Assembly: GCA_001775395.1 (NCBI GenBank)
Contig: MEWP01000063.1
Coordinates: 2,086 to 66,085 of the forward strand
Length of the DNA stretch: 64,000 bases
Origin: a candidate division Zixibacteria bacterium RBG_16_53_22
GTDB lineage: Bacteria; Zixibacteria; MSB-5A5; UBA10806
Direction of reading: 5' to 3'
Shown piece after piece: positions 45,401-53,300 of this stretch (within the stretch, counting starts at the first letter, position 1; the number at the start of each line of letters is the position of its first letter). The translations under genes and the position numbers were made by a program. The notes beneath the pieces were generated by a model. The model ran no database searches. It saw only the letters and a program-made list of their open reading frames with translations, and had not been told where the DNA came from.

Positions 45401-47199
45401 TTATTTATGTGGGTCAGAATTGGCAAACTTGGGCTATCGAATTAGCTGGTTTCATGGGCAACGTCTTTGGTTATATTTTGACTGGGTTGGTTGCTATTCC
45501 ATATTTGATAATCCAGTTGTCGGGTAAATTCCTGCAACTCATCCAGGGCTTGATCGATTATGCCAGCCAAAATTGGCCTACCTGGGCGGCTGAGTTAGGT
45601 ACTCATGTAGCATCTATCATCAGCAGTGTAGTGACGTTCGTTACCACTACCCTACCAACATGGATAGCCGATCTGTCTGCGAAGTTATCGGAACTTATTA
45701 CTGGCTTCCTGGCTTACGCAGGCGAGAATTGGCAAACCTGGGCCGTTGACCTGGCGGGCTTCGTCGGAAAAGTGTTTGGCTACATTATCATTGGCCTGGT
45801 AACTATTCCATACTTGATAATCCAATTAATAGGTAAATTGGCTGAGCTGATCCAGGGTCTCTTCTCCGGCGCTGACGAGAAAGAGGGCGAATGGGGCACG
45901 ACACTGGGAAAGACTATCGGCAAGGTGTTTGCCGGTGTCGTCACCTGGCTGATCGATAATGGCCCGACTATTGCTTCTGATCTGTTCAACGGCTTCAAGG
46001 ACGTGATCGCCGCCCTGTGGACGTTCATAACCGCCACATTACCAGAATGGTCGGTCCAACTGGCAGATTTCATGAGCCAGCTTATGACCGCCTTTGGCAA
46101 GGGTATGCTCGAATCAGCTCCCTGGCTGGCCGATGCCCTAGCAGCCGGGCAGCAATTCGTAGACAACATCAAAGCTGGCATCGAAGCTGCGTGGATAGGC
46201 ATCGTCACCTGGTTCGCGGGCAAGGTGCAAGAGCTATTAGCGCCTATCCTGGGAGCCAGAGAAACCATCGAGAATGCCTGGAGTGGCCTAAAGGAAGGCG
46301 TAACACAGCCTGTCGAGGGAGCCAAGAACGCCGTGGTGGGCGCTTTTGGTGGCTTGCAGGAGGGTATCAGCAGCACCGCCGAGAATGCGACTGGCAGCGT
46401 GATCGGCTTTTTCGACAACTTGCGCAATACGTTGGTCGGCAACTCTATCGTGCCAGAGATGACCACGGCTATCGTCACCAACTTCACCACCATGGACACC
46501 ACACTATCCGCAGGCTTGACCACGTTCACCACCTTTGCCACCAGCCTATGGCAACAGTTCACCCAGAATATCCTGATCATGTGGCAGGACATGGTGCAAT
46601 TCGTGATTGAGCTGGCCCAGCAGCTAGAAGAAGTCCTGACCGAGATCATCCAGCGTATCGTAGAGTTGTTCAATGCCTGGCGAGAGGCTGTCGATAAAGT
46701 TATCGAGGGACTCAAGGCATTACCGGAGCCGTTAGGAGCCCTGGCCGAGTATATTCCCATCGTCGATCAATTAGCCGACAAATTTAACGATCTGTACAAC
46801 AAGCTAAAGAATGCCACCTCGCAGGCCGAGAAATTAGCCAAGGCACTCGAAAAGGTCAATTCCATGGGCGGCAATATGGCGGTATCTGTCTCCGGGGCAG
46901 CGCAGGGTGGCCTATGGCGTGTGCCGAGTGTTTCTACCTGGACACTCCATCCCGGCGAGATGGTTTTGCCCGCCGGGGCTGCCGAGGCATTTCGCAGCTT
47001 CGCGGGCGGTGGTCTGCCTGCCATGGGTATGCCTGCCACTGAGTCCAACTCTGGACTCAACAAGCAGTATATCTTCGGACCGGGTGCCTTCCAGGGTGCT
47101 TTCCCCGGTGTGCGGACTGCCCACGATGCCGAGGGTCTACTGAATCGCCTGGATCAACTGGCTCAGATCGCCGAACTTAAGGGGAGGGTAGTCAGCTAA
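39445..47199 (+). CDS. tape measure protein (2584 aa)
   Basis: Long Ala-rich helical protein; ATPFEL...G tape-measure domain; Trp-periodic repeats; C-terminal LHPGEMVLP. Confidence 0.9.
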   Translation: MAVSQEIFRATLTVETNIVSAIEGLEKLSKKAIETLDSLQKISTAVVKPDLGGLNTISTTIEKATKDIRADFERLRQEVVGKSIIPEMIDAIAKEFDRLPNKTAPEVKKLHQQFEQLKTSVKPIEDAIAGMDASTRKHMEGIVAEALKMKGAFSDDQIKAAMASIGSATAKTGSEVQGTIGQLNKLAEAVRQVYLTQKPPAAKAAEAEIENRAKRAAAEFENLKKIGEKTFADYERQGQKFRQQTALATSELGEAAQRVTAFEQRFRAIGQVAAEGSTGFRAAVANIRGGFQLMAAEGGNFALGLRQAFFGLSGSTNVLGRALDWLGGRHNELSRATGKLEQETLRIDNIMRRFTTGMRDQMDVLKEVGKEEGVQKAALSEIDVQVKRVEKAFKDMNTTIVAGGKPTEQQMARIREEVRILEQSYRQLKVQGIIPAGSATDDMFKQMLKGIETQRVGSNQMIARVIALRKEVEKAEQSEKQSNATSEKRVGIFQRVSIAFSNLFNITRNVTNETKNFNQQLDQTGAKMGVVARTADVAKGAFVGFVGAAAAITGLRYAIDGIGFAIRNLGGKFLEVNNTAQNFGITLTNMLRGSKIEDQAEEVVGGAMDFIKEAVAATPFELADAIEAFQRLIIAGLDPKQWMEPIADAAAIMNKPMDQLIGAFQRLTVGDTGQALMMMRDFGINVNRAAVFVDQATGNLLSYDQAQQAVNMSAEQLAAKGWAKLNLEFSKGGELTTDTATALKILNGYLTQNSTIAGTAASRSLSLQGVMSNLKDSVSNLFIEMGKPIMEKLTGAGSGLLDKINELQPVLNALAANIGVALSGAIDFAINFISNFKENFAGLIEVVQTVISIVASIFAGDWQNAWFLFLDAIDVGLSNAVQFLDSWISNAFTWGWNFVVEIANGVLDSASSVLMEALNSVGEMISSFLAPGSAPEVGPLSTIDEWGAALMDIFGAGVADINDDNINTAMEEMKKLIQASGGQLSDGFYEAFSSIDFAAAIQNARAQLSDLLASFANLDMSKVLGSLKSVDFSFIRDALSPVKDFFKTMGSEGTEPFLKVRDSMAAIVAELNATGEINEEAFAKIGEVLGDQNKEMTKYLRLQLELHSAQRKLQDVQGEVAAAEARGFVPAALKAKLAAAEKDVEDKKEAVDWQKEYVAWQKEGNQLQQEFVGGLDKAAKAMGKAASAAGSAAKAQAKQIETLAEWYAREKALIEEKYRLGVIGEQEYVQALLNLEKQYVDRSLEEGIPAGLDAHVQAIKELELRLEGLKEKTKEAQGQASKGIEMQTPAEILGKFAKNIQEIAQQTGGDFADGFVLAMREGIPRNVPGLMADIWAKILEGFVTIFNNIRNFLAQNVTPQNFPIFAVVAGLFTQLAASPIMNFVTRLAARIAPVIVRLGGLRGILLKLLGVLGRAALLGGIIITIFLNWDKIVAALSPVITSLSTAIKALADEAIAAIIERMGGAEQAAIKFNAAYETMRSIVAGVGEVFNMLITSGFSEIGQAIEGAFKSAVMAMPTQGISGAISTFFTTLISSLSTTNIGQAITNLFTNAVAGIRETILPIFSDVLGGIGTALGGLVPPGVVDTFNQLRQSIAAFFEEGRLGGEIVRLFGDLKELMVALAPIAKALLSVLAALAGLVANSLVAAFQTIIDILPNIEGFFAGLVRIVRGVLDVVSGLATLIQSAWALITGDTEKAQTLFQTAIGQIGSGLGEIFSGITLAVSNAAQAILGFPITFISHFVDNIIAFLPQGSSFSQTLQAIGGAISSLKDILTGALEAIGSGISAIGMVISDFLSGQISFQEAWNQIKTIFASTVDAVSEALAPLGQALLDGILNGVEWLRTNAPIILQTIGAWVTDTLVPGIASFAASLATGFVDLFGKAVEYVGANWPTWLETLNSYAASIIAGVVTFVTTTLPVWASALATKVGELFQAALDYVQTNWPAWSATLNSYVGPIIDGIIIFFTATLPTWITDLITKFGELVQGLLIYVGQNWQTWAIELAGFMGNVFGYILTGLVAIPYLIIQLSGKFLQLIQGLIDYASQNWPTWAAELGTHVASIISSVVTFVTTTLPTWIADLSAKLSELITGFLAYAGENWQTWAVDLAGFVGKVFGYIIIGLVTIPYLIIQLIGKLAELIQGLFSGADEKEGEWGTTLGKTIGKVFAGVVTWLIDNGPTIASDLFNGFKDVIAALWTFITATLPEWSVQLADFMSQLMTAFGKGMLESAPWLADALAAGQQFVDNIKAGIEAAWIGIVTWFAGKVQELLAPILGARETIENAWSGLKEGVTQPVEGAKNAVVGAFGGLQEGISSTAENATGSVIGFFDNLRNTLVGNSIVPEMTTAIVTNFTTMDTTLSAGLTTFTTFATSLWQQFTQNILIMWQDMVQFVIELAQQLEEVLTEIIQRIVELFNAWREAVDKVIEGLKALPEPLGALAEYIPIVDQLADKFNDLYNKLKNATSQAEKLAKALEKVNSMGGNMAVSVSGAAQGGLWRVPSVSTWTLHPGEMVLPAGAAEAFRSFAGGGLPAMGMPATESNSGLNKQYIFGPGAFQGAFPGVRTAHDAEGLLNRLDQLAQIAELKGRVVS

Positions 47200-49823
47200 T
47201 GGGTATCGCCGACGCGACTCTGATACTCCATGCGGAAGGTAGAGCTAGCATCACTTTTGACACGTTGAGCATAGATGGTGCCACGGCAGGCTATTATGTT
47301 CCGGCTGAGACGCTGATCTTCAACGAAGCCGAGCGGGAGCAGATCGTCTACTCGGAAGGAGCCAATATCGATGGCGGTGAGTATATCACCAGCTTCGCGC
47401 CCCTGGTAGATGTCTCGTTCACGTGTTACTGCTGGGGTGACACTAGGGTGGCTGCCATCCAGCGTGCCCAGGCGCTCAAGTTGGCGGTCGGCAACGAGCA
47501 CGGTGGGCAATTGCAATACATGCCTGCCGACGTAATTACTCGCTCTACCTATTATCACTACGTCAAGAGTCCCATCCCGCCCATGGCCGACGTGACTGAC
47601 AATACCTGGGACAGTCGCCTAAAGGCTACGCAGAGCATTGGCAACAAGTACGTGGTGGTCCTGGAAGTCGTGCTCAAGACCATGCCGGTTGCCACCAGCG
47701 ATCCCGACAACCTGGTGGCGTTGTCGCTATCTCGCTCGACATTGGATGACCACGTGTACGGGGCAGCCTACAACTATTTCGACATCACCGGCAGCGCCGT
47801 CAAGGGCGACCAACCCGCCTACGTGCGTTTCCGCGCTCGCAACTCGCAGTCAGGCACCAATGAGGAGATCGCCAAGCTGTACCTGACCTCGCGCAGCTCC
47901 CTGCTGTCCACACTCAATTACTACCAGCACGTGTACCAGGCCGAAGATGCTACCAGCCTGACCCCCACGGCGGTATGGTCCACGCCTGCCGATGGTTCAC
48001 GCTCTGGCTCTGCTTACCGGCGCTGTAACCCCGGTGCGGAGTACAACGATGACCAGTTGGGTTTACGCTTCACGCTGTCCAACGAGAGCCACCATCGCGG
48101 GCGCTGCACGGTACTGGGCGTGGTACGGGCCAAGACTGCCTACTGGTCCAGCCAGGTCAAGTACACCATCGCCGGTGAGGTGGTGGCCTATAGCTCAGCC
48201 TACAACTATGCCGAGCACTTCGATAAGTGGTCGATCATGGTTCTGGGCGAGATCGACATGCCTGCCATGATCATCAGTGGGCTGGAGACTATCGCGCCTG
48301 CCCTGGAAGTGTACTTTACTCGCAGCGATGGCTCAGAGGGAGACTACGTGGACCTGGACTTTATCATGCTGGCTTTCAACGACGAGTGCCTGGCTTTGTT
48401 TAGCCACGCGGACGGCTTTACCAACGACCAGAAGCTACTCTTCGAGCGACTGGCAATGGGCAAGAGCCTGGCGCACTTGATCAACCAATCTACGTCGGCC
48501 TTTGAGGACGAGGTAGATGCGCACTATGGCTCGGAGGTGTTGCCAGTTCCGCCTGGCTTCGACACACGGGTAGGTGTGCTGTTCCAGCGGATCGATCCAG
48601 TCGTATTCGAGGATGACTTCAGCAGCTACGATGGTGTCAGCTTTTTGCGTCTGGCACAGATGAATCTGGACGAGTCGTGGACTGAAGATCCAAGTGATGG
48701 CACTGTGGAAGTTGTGCTCGATTCAGTCGTATATCGCGTCGAGGGTGATGCATCTCTAAAGTTGATACCTGGCCCCATAACCCAACTTGCCAGTTCCTAC
48801 CTGTCCATTACGCCCATCAACCTGGGCAGTGGATCGCTTTTCACAGATGGTGACTTTCTGTGTTGGTTTGTTGATTGTCTGAATGTTTCCAAGTTATCCG
48901 ATGCCATCATTGCACTGGGTGAGTTAGGGGCAGTAGGTCCATACATTAGTAGTGCCCTGGGCGATTTTTCACTGGCAGCAGGCTACAATTTCAAGTATGT
49001 GCTTAAGACTGTTATCCGGGGCTATAGCCTGGGTATGAATGCCACATCATTGGTGGGTATTCAGTATGCAGCTACCGATGGCTCCGGGCCTGTCTTTTAT
49101 ACCGACTATCTCAGAATCGAAAAAGCTGATCCAGATGATGCCACCCGACCCAATGCCACAGGTGCCAATTGGAACTTCCAGCCCAACGATGGCAGGTGGG
49201 CTATTACTTATGACGGACCAGGCGGAGATAACGAGGCAGTTCTGGCTTGTTTTGAACAGGCGGCTGTTGGGGTTGCCACGGCTGCCCGCGACATAACTAC
49301 ACCCGATGACGTGGCTGGATTCTGCAAAATTGCATTCAGAAATAGCACGTCTCATTCAGCCGGTATCGCCTTCAGGTTAAGCGACCAGACATTGGGTAGC
49401 GAGGATGGCTACGTCTTCATCCTGTATGGCTATGGCTACATTCGCCTGATGAAGTACGTAGCTGGTACGCCTACCTACCTGGCAGAGGTCGGGCTGGCTA
49501 CCGGCAATCTATCGCTCGATACATGGTATTGGCTGGGTTTCAAGGCAGATGGCAACTCGCTCAAGGCATATTTGAGCCTGACCGAGCCGGTGGGCGACAG
49601 CAATTCCGAGAAATTAGCCAACCTACTATCCGAATCTAACCTGGTCGTCAGTGTGACAGATGCCACTTTCAGTTCTGGATCTGTGGGGGCCATGTCACAC
49701 AATTCTGGCACACGCTTCGGGGAATTTTATGTCGAGCACGTCGAGGATCTACATATACCAGCCGACCAGGTAACAGTCGAGGCGGCGGCATTATTCAGGG
49801 GTGTTTACCCCTTCCCGGACTAA
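47199..49823 (+). CDS. distal tail (Dit-like) protein with added beta-sandwich domains
   Basis: Directly after tape measure; GDQPA motif; C-terminal concanavalin-like region. Confidence 0.6.
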   Translation: MGIADATLILHAEGRASITFDTLSIDGATAGYYVPAETLIFNEAEREQIVYSEGANIDGGEYITSFAPLVDVSFTCYCWGDTRVAAIQRAQALKLAVGNEHGGQLQYMPADVITRSTYYHYVKSPIPPMADVTDNTWDSRLKATQSIGNKYVVVLEVVLKTMPVATSDPDNLVALSLSRSTLDDHVYGAAYNYFDITGSAVKGDQPAYVRFRARNSQSGTNEEIAKLYLTSRSSLLSTLNYYQHVYQAEDATSLTPTAVWSTPADGSRSGSAYRRCNPGAEYNDDQLGLRFTLSNESHHRGRCTVLGVVRAKTAYWSSQVKYTIAGEVVAYSSAYNYAEHFDKWSIMVLGEIDMPAMIISGLETIAPALEVYFTRSDGSEGDYVDLDFIMLAFNDECLALFSHADGFTNDQKLLFERLAMGKSLAHLINQSTSAFEDEVDAHYGSEVLPVPPGFDTRVGVLFQRIDPVVFEDDFSSYDGVSFLRLAQMNLDESWTEDPSDGTVEVVLDSVVYRVEGDASLKLIPGPITQLASSYLSITPINLGSGSLFTDGDFLCWFVDCLNVSKLSDAIIALGELGAVGPYISSALGDFSLAAGYNFKYVLKTVIRGYSLGMNATSLVGIQYAATDGSGPVFYTDYLRIEKADPDDATRPNATGANWNFQPNDGRWAITYDGPGGDNEAVLACFEQAAVGVATAARDITTPDDVAGFCKIAFRNSTSHSAGIAFRLSDQTLGSEDGYVFILYGYGYIRLMKYVAGTPTYLAEVGLATGNLSLDTWYWLGFKADGNSLKAYLSLTEPVGDSNSEKLANLLSESNLVVSVTDATFSSGSVGAMSHNSGTRFGEFYVEHVEDLHIPADQVTVEAAALFRGVYPFPD

Positions 49824-49834
49824 GGAGAGCCAAC

Positions 49835-51097
49835 TTGAAACGAATAGCGATTATGTCAACCTTCTTCGAGGCCACCAGCGGCTACTCGCTCATCGGCGTA
49901 GCCGAGACGCAAATCCGCATGCTGCTGGATCATGGTTACGAGCCGGTGGTGCTCGTGCAGGATAATTTTACGTCACCTCCATCTCCCACACTCTGGTCAG
50001 AAACCATGATAGATTTGCGTAAATGCCTGCCCTTCATGCACTTACGCACCGACGTGGCCCCCGATTTTGAAGAGAGGGTTAGCAAGATCGAAGCAGCCCT
50101 GGCAGAGCACTTGGCTGATGTCAATGTCTGCATCACGCACGATATTATGCTTCAGGACTTCTACAAGGAGCACAACGCAGCCGTGCGGCGCTATGCCAAA
50201 AGTAGACCCGACTTACTTTGGCTTCATTGGCTGCACAGTTGCCCCTCACCCAGCAATGAGGCCCAATACCCCAACGCCCTGCGCTATATCTCGCCACCAG
50301 GCTTTCTCGTGTATCCTAACTCGACCGATCTAAGCCGTGTGTGCCAGACCTACCATCTGGGCGGGCAAGAGTGGCGTGCCAAAGCCTGCCGCGCCGGGCA
50401 CGCCATCGATCCCTTGCGAGTGTGGCATTACGACCCTTTGACAGTCGATCTGGCGACCAGGGCCAGATTGCTGTCGGGTGAGGTGGTAGCGGTCTATCCA
50501 GCCAGATTGGATCGTGGAAAACAGCCAGAGAAGATCATCTATCTCATGGCAGGTGTCAAAGAGGCTGGCTACGAGCCACGCCTGCTGGTCATCGACTGGC
50601 AGAGCGCCGGGCAGCGTTTCCAGCAGTACATCGATGAGTTATTGGCCTTGAGTGAGAGCCTGGGTCTGGGCGATTGTGTTAGTTTTACCTCACGCCTGGA
50701 TGACCGCTGTAGCCAGGGCGTGCCACGTCACGTGGTTGTGGAGCTGATGGATCTGTCCAATACGTACATTCATCCCAGTCGGGTGGAAACCTATAGCTTG
50801 GTAGTCCACGAAGCCGCTCTGCGCGGTAAGCTGCTATGTCTCAACCATGACCTGCCACCCATGCGTGAGCTATTTGGGGATAACAGCATCTTTTTCGACT
50901 TCGAGAGTGACCGCTTCAGCCGCAGGTACGAGCCGGATGAGCGTATCTTCTGGCAGGGTGAGGCCAAACGTCTGATCGCCGAGTTGAAACAGAACCGGGC
51001 TTTGTGGGCACAGACGGTGGCCCGCAGAGAGTGGACACCCGAAGCCATGTGGAAAGAATTCGAGACGCTATTTTTCCTGGAGTCAGTCGGTGAGTGA
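49835..51097 (+). CDS. GT4-like glycosyltransferase
   Basis: YPARLDRGKQ; PSRVETYSLVVHEA (EX7E). Confidence 0.85.
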   Translation: MKRIAIMSTFFEATSGYSLIGVAETQIRMLLDHGYEPVVLVQDNFTSPPSPTLWSETMIDLRKCLPFMHLRTDVAPDFEERVSKIEAALAEHLADVNVCITHDIMLQDFYKEHNAAVRRYAKSRPDLLWLHWLHSCPSPSNEAQYPNALRYISPPGFLVYPNSTDLSRVCQTYHLGGQEWRAKACRAGHAIDPLRVWHYDPLTVDLATRARLLSGEVVAVYPARLDRGKQPEKIIYLMAGVKEAGYEPRLLVIDWQSAGQRFQQYIDELLALSESLGLGDCVSFTSRLDDRCSQGVPRHVVVELMDLSNTYIHPSRVETYSLVVHEAALRGKLLCLNHDLPPMRELFGDNSIFFDFESDRFSRRYEPDERIFWQGEAKRLIAELKQNRALWAQTVARREWTPEAMWKEFETLFFLESVGE

Positions 51098-51671
51098 TTA
51101 TCACAGTCTGATGCGTAATTGGTCAGATACCTGGTTTATGGGTGTGCAGTGTAGTCAGTACGCTGTAGACTTCGTGTTGTGGGAACGCCTGCTGAACCAT
51201 AACCCTGACGTGGATCGCATCATCGAGCTGGGTACACTGTGGGGCGGTTTCAGCCTTTTCTTGTTTTTACAAGCCCTACAGCGCAATATGACATTTATCA
51301 CCTTCGATGATGGATCATATGCAGTTACACAATGCAAGACTGATGGTCCACTGGCTGTTGATACGCCACTTGGACAAAGACTCGATCTGACTGATCACTG
51401 TGTACATGGCAATGTATTCGATGATTGCTACGAGATAGTGACTTCATATTTGCAAGGCCCAGGCCGCTGTGTCTTGTTCTGTGACGACGGCAATAAGCCC
51501 AAAGAGTTTGCTACCTTCGCGCCACTTGCCAAGCCAGGCGACATCATCGTGGTGCACGATTGGGGCACCGAGATACTGGAGCAGCACATCGACTATGATT
51601 TGGTGGACGAGATCATGGCAGAGGATTGCCATAGCCTGGGCAGCCTGAGCCATTTCTTCATCAGGAGGTAA
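51090..51671 (+). CDS. SAM methyltransferase (CmcI/Methyltransf_24-like)
   Basis: IIELGTLWGG; FCDDGNK; KPGDIIVVHD. Confidence 0.75.
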   Translation: MSDYHSLMRNWSDTWFMGVQCSQYAVDFVLWERLLNHNPDVDRIIELGTLWGGFSLFLFLQALQRNMTFITFDDGSYAVTQCKTDGPLAVDTPLGQRLDLTDHCVHGNVFDDCYEIVTSYLQGPGRCVLFCDDGNKPKEFATFAPLAKPGDIIVVHDWGTEILEQHIDYDLVDEIMAEDCHSLGSLSHFFIRR

Positions 51672-51672
51672 T

Positions 51673-51927
51673 ATGGCAGGTAGAAACATCAACGTCTGGA
51701 TCGAGAACTGGACCAACGATGGCGTGAACGTTCAGGTGCCGCGTTATTCGGTTAGCGTGCGCATCGAGTGGACTAAAGCGGACGGCACGCCTGGTAGCCA
51801 CGAGAATGCCTACAGGTTTCCCAACGCACTGCAAAACGTGCCGGTGGCACGTCTGCGGCGCTACATGGAGGAGATCATTTTGCGTGAGGTACGGATTCAA
51901 TTGGGCATAGACGAGGCGCAGGAATGA
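51673..51927 (+). CDS. hypothetical protein
   Basis: 84 aa; AGGAGG SD. Confidence 0.6.
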   Translation: MAGRNINVWIENWTNDGVNVQVPRYSVSVRIEWTKADGTPGSHENAYRFPNALQNVPVARLRRYMEEIILREVRIQLGIDEAQE

Positions 51928-53300
51928 CTACCTATTATGTCGGCTCCGGTGGCAATGACGGCAATGACGGCCTTACATGGGGCGCGAGAAAATTGACCCT
52001 CAACGGGGTCGAAGACATTCCCGTCGTAGCAGGCGATACCGTCTACGTCGCGCCGGGCGTCTATCGAGAACTACTGACCTGTGACGTATCTGGCTCGGCG
52101 GGTAATCCTATCACTTATATCGGTGATGTGACGGGCGAGCATACTGATGGCATAGGTGGCATCGTGCGTGTCACTGGCAGTGACAACGATACGAGCACTG
52201 CCAGGAATTATGGCATCACCGGCACTGGGCGGAATTTCCGCACTTTTCGCGGCTTCCGTATCGATGCATGCACGCTGGACGGCATTATTCTCGACGGCAC
52301 GAACTGGATCGTCGAGGATTGCGCCATATTCGACACCACTCGGTATGGCATTTACGTAAACGGGGCCAACCAGGCCAGTAACACATTCCGGCGCTGTTGC
52401 ATGTTCGGCTGCAAACAGACGGGCATCCTATTTTATCATAGTGCCGACGTAGCCGGGACGAGCCAACTGGTCGAGAATTGCTTAATTCTCGATTCCGACT
52501 ACGGCCTGCACAGCCTGATCGAAGTTTGGAACATCGATGGAATCACTATCAAACATTGCCTGCTGAGCGGCGGCATCGGCGCGGGTGTCCGCGTCCAGGC
52601 CAACACAGGCAACCCCATGGTCACTGTACGCAATTCGATGATCCAAAACTGCTGGCGAGGATTCAACGCCGTGGCCGCAGGCGACATCGACGAGAATTAT
52701 AATAATCTGTACGGCAACAACGCGAATCGGACTAACACGAACATCGGTGCCAACTCGACGACGTACCCGCCCCTGCTGGCAGCGCCACTACTATTGGACG
52801 GCATCAGGCTGCCGTGGTGGTTCGGTAGGCTCTCGGAATGGTCAGCCATGCGGCAATTGACAGGGGAAAGCATGTCAGACGACGACCTGTCCGGCATCAC
52901 GCGCCCGGCAACGGACAGTAAGAAATCGTGGGGAGCAGTGCAGTTCCAACCCATGGTGCGTGAGGCAACCACGGTGCGTACCGGGGCAGCCAGCCTGGAA
53001 CTGTCCGACGCGGGCGAGCACCAGATCATAGTGCCGGTATCCAATGAGAGCACGACCATCAGTGTCTATTGCTACCGCGAGGCGGACTATACTGGGACCA
53101 ACCCACGTATGGTCATCAAGCAGCCTGGGCAATCTGATCGGACTACGACCGACGCTGGTGCGGCCTCGCAATGGAATCAACTGACAGACACCTTCACCCC
53201 GGCAGCCATCCCGCCCTACGTGGTGGTATGCCTGCAAAGTCTGAACACAGCAGCAGCTACGGATTTCAAGGTCTATTTCGATGACTTGGTGGTTTCATAA
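51924..53300 (+). CDS. right-handed parallel beta-helix (pectin-lyase-like) virion protein
   Basis: YYVGSGGNDGNDGLTW; AGDTVYVAPGVYRE; stacked Asn/Cys/Gly coils. Confidence 0.8.
   Translation: MTTYYVGSGGNDGNDGLTWGARKLTLNGVEDIPVVAGDTVYVAPGVYRELLTCDVSGSAGNPITYIGDVTGEHTDGIGGIVRVTGSDNDTSTARNYGITGTGRNFRTFRGFRIDACTLDGIILDGTNWIVEDCAIFDTTRYGIYVNGANQASNTFRRCCMFGCKQTGILFYHSADVAGTSQLVENCLILDSDYGLHSLIEVWNIDGITIKHCLLSGGIGAGVRVQANTGNPMVTVRNSMIQNCWRGFNAVAAGDIDENYNNLYGNNANRTNTNIGANSTTYPPLLAAPLLLDGIRLPWWFGRLSEWSAMRQLTGESMSDDDLSGITRPATDSKKSWGAVQFQPMVREATTVRTGAASLELSDAGEHQIIVPVSNESTTISVYCYREADYTGTNPRMVIKQPGQSDRTTTDAGAASQWNQLTDTFTPAAIPPYVVVCLQSLNTAAATDFKVYFDDLVVS

Noticed and set aside
39456-47124. Many minus-strand ORFs opposite the tape measure and other late genes
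   Set aside because: Typical antisense shadows of GC3-rich coding sequence, with no motifs or SD
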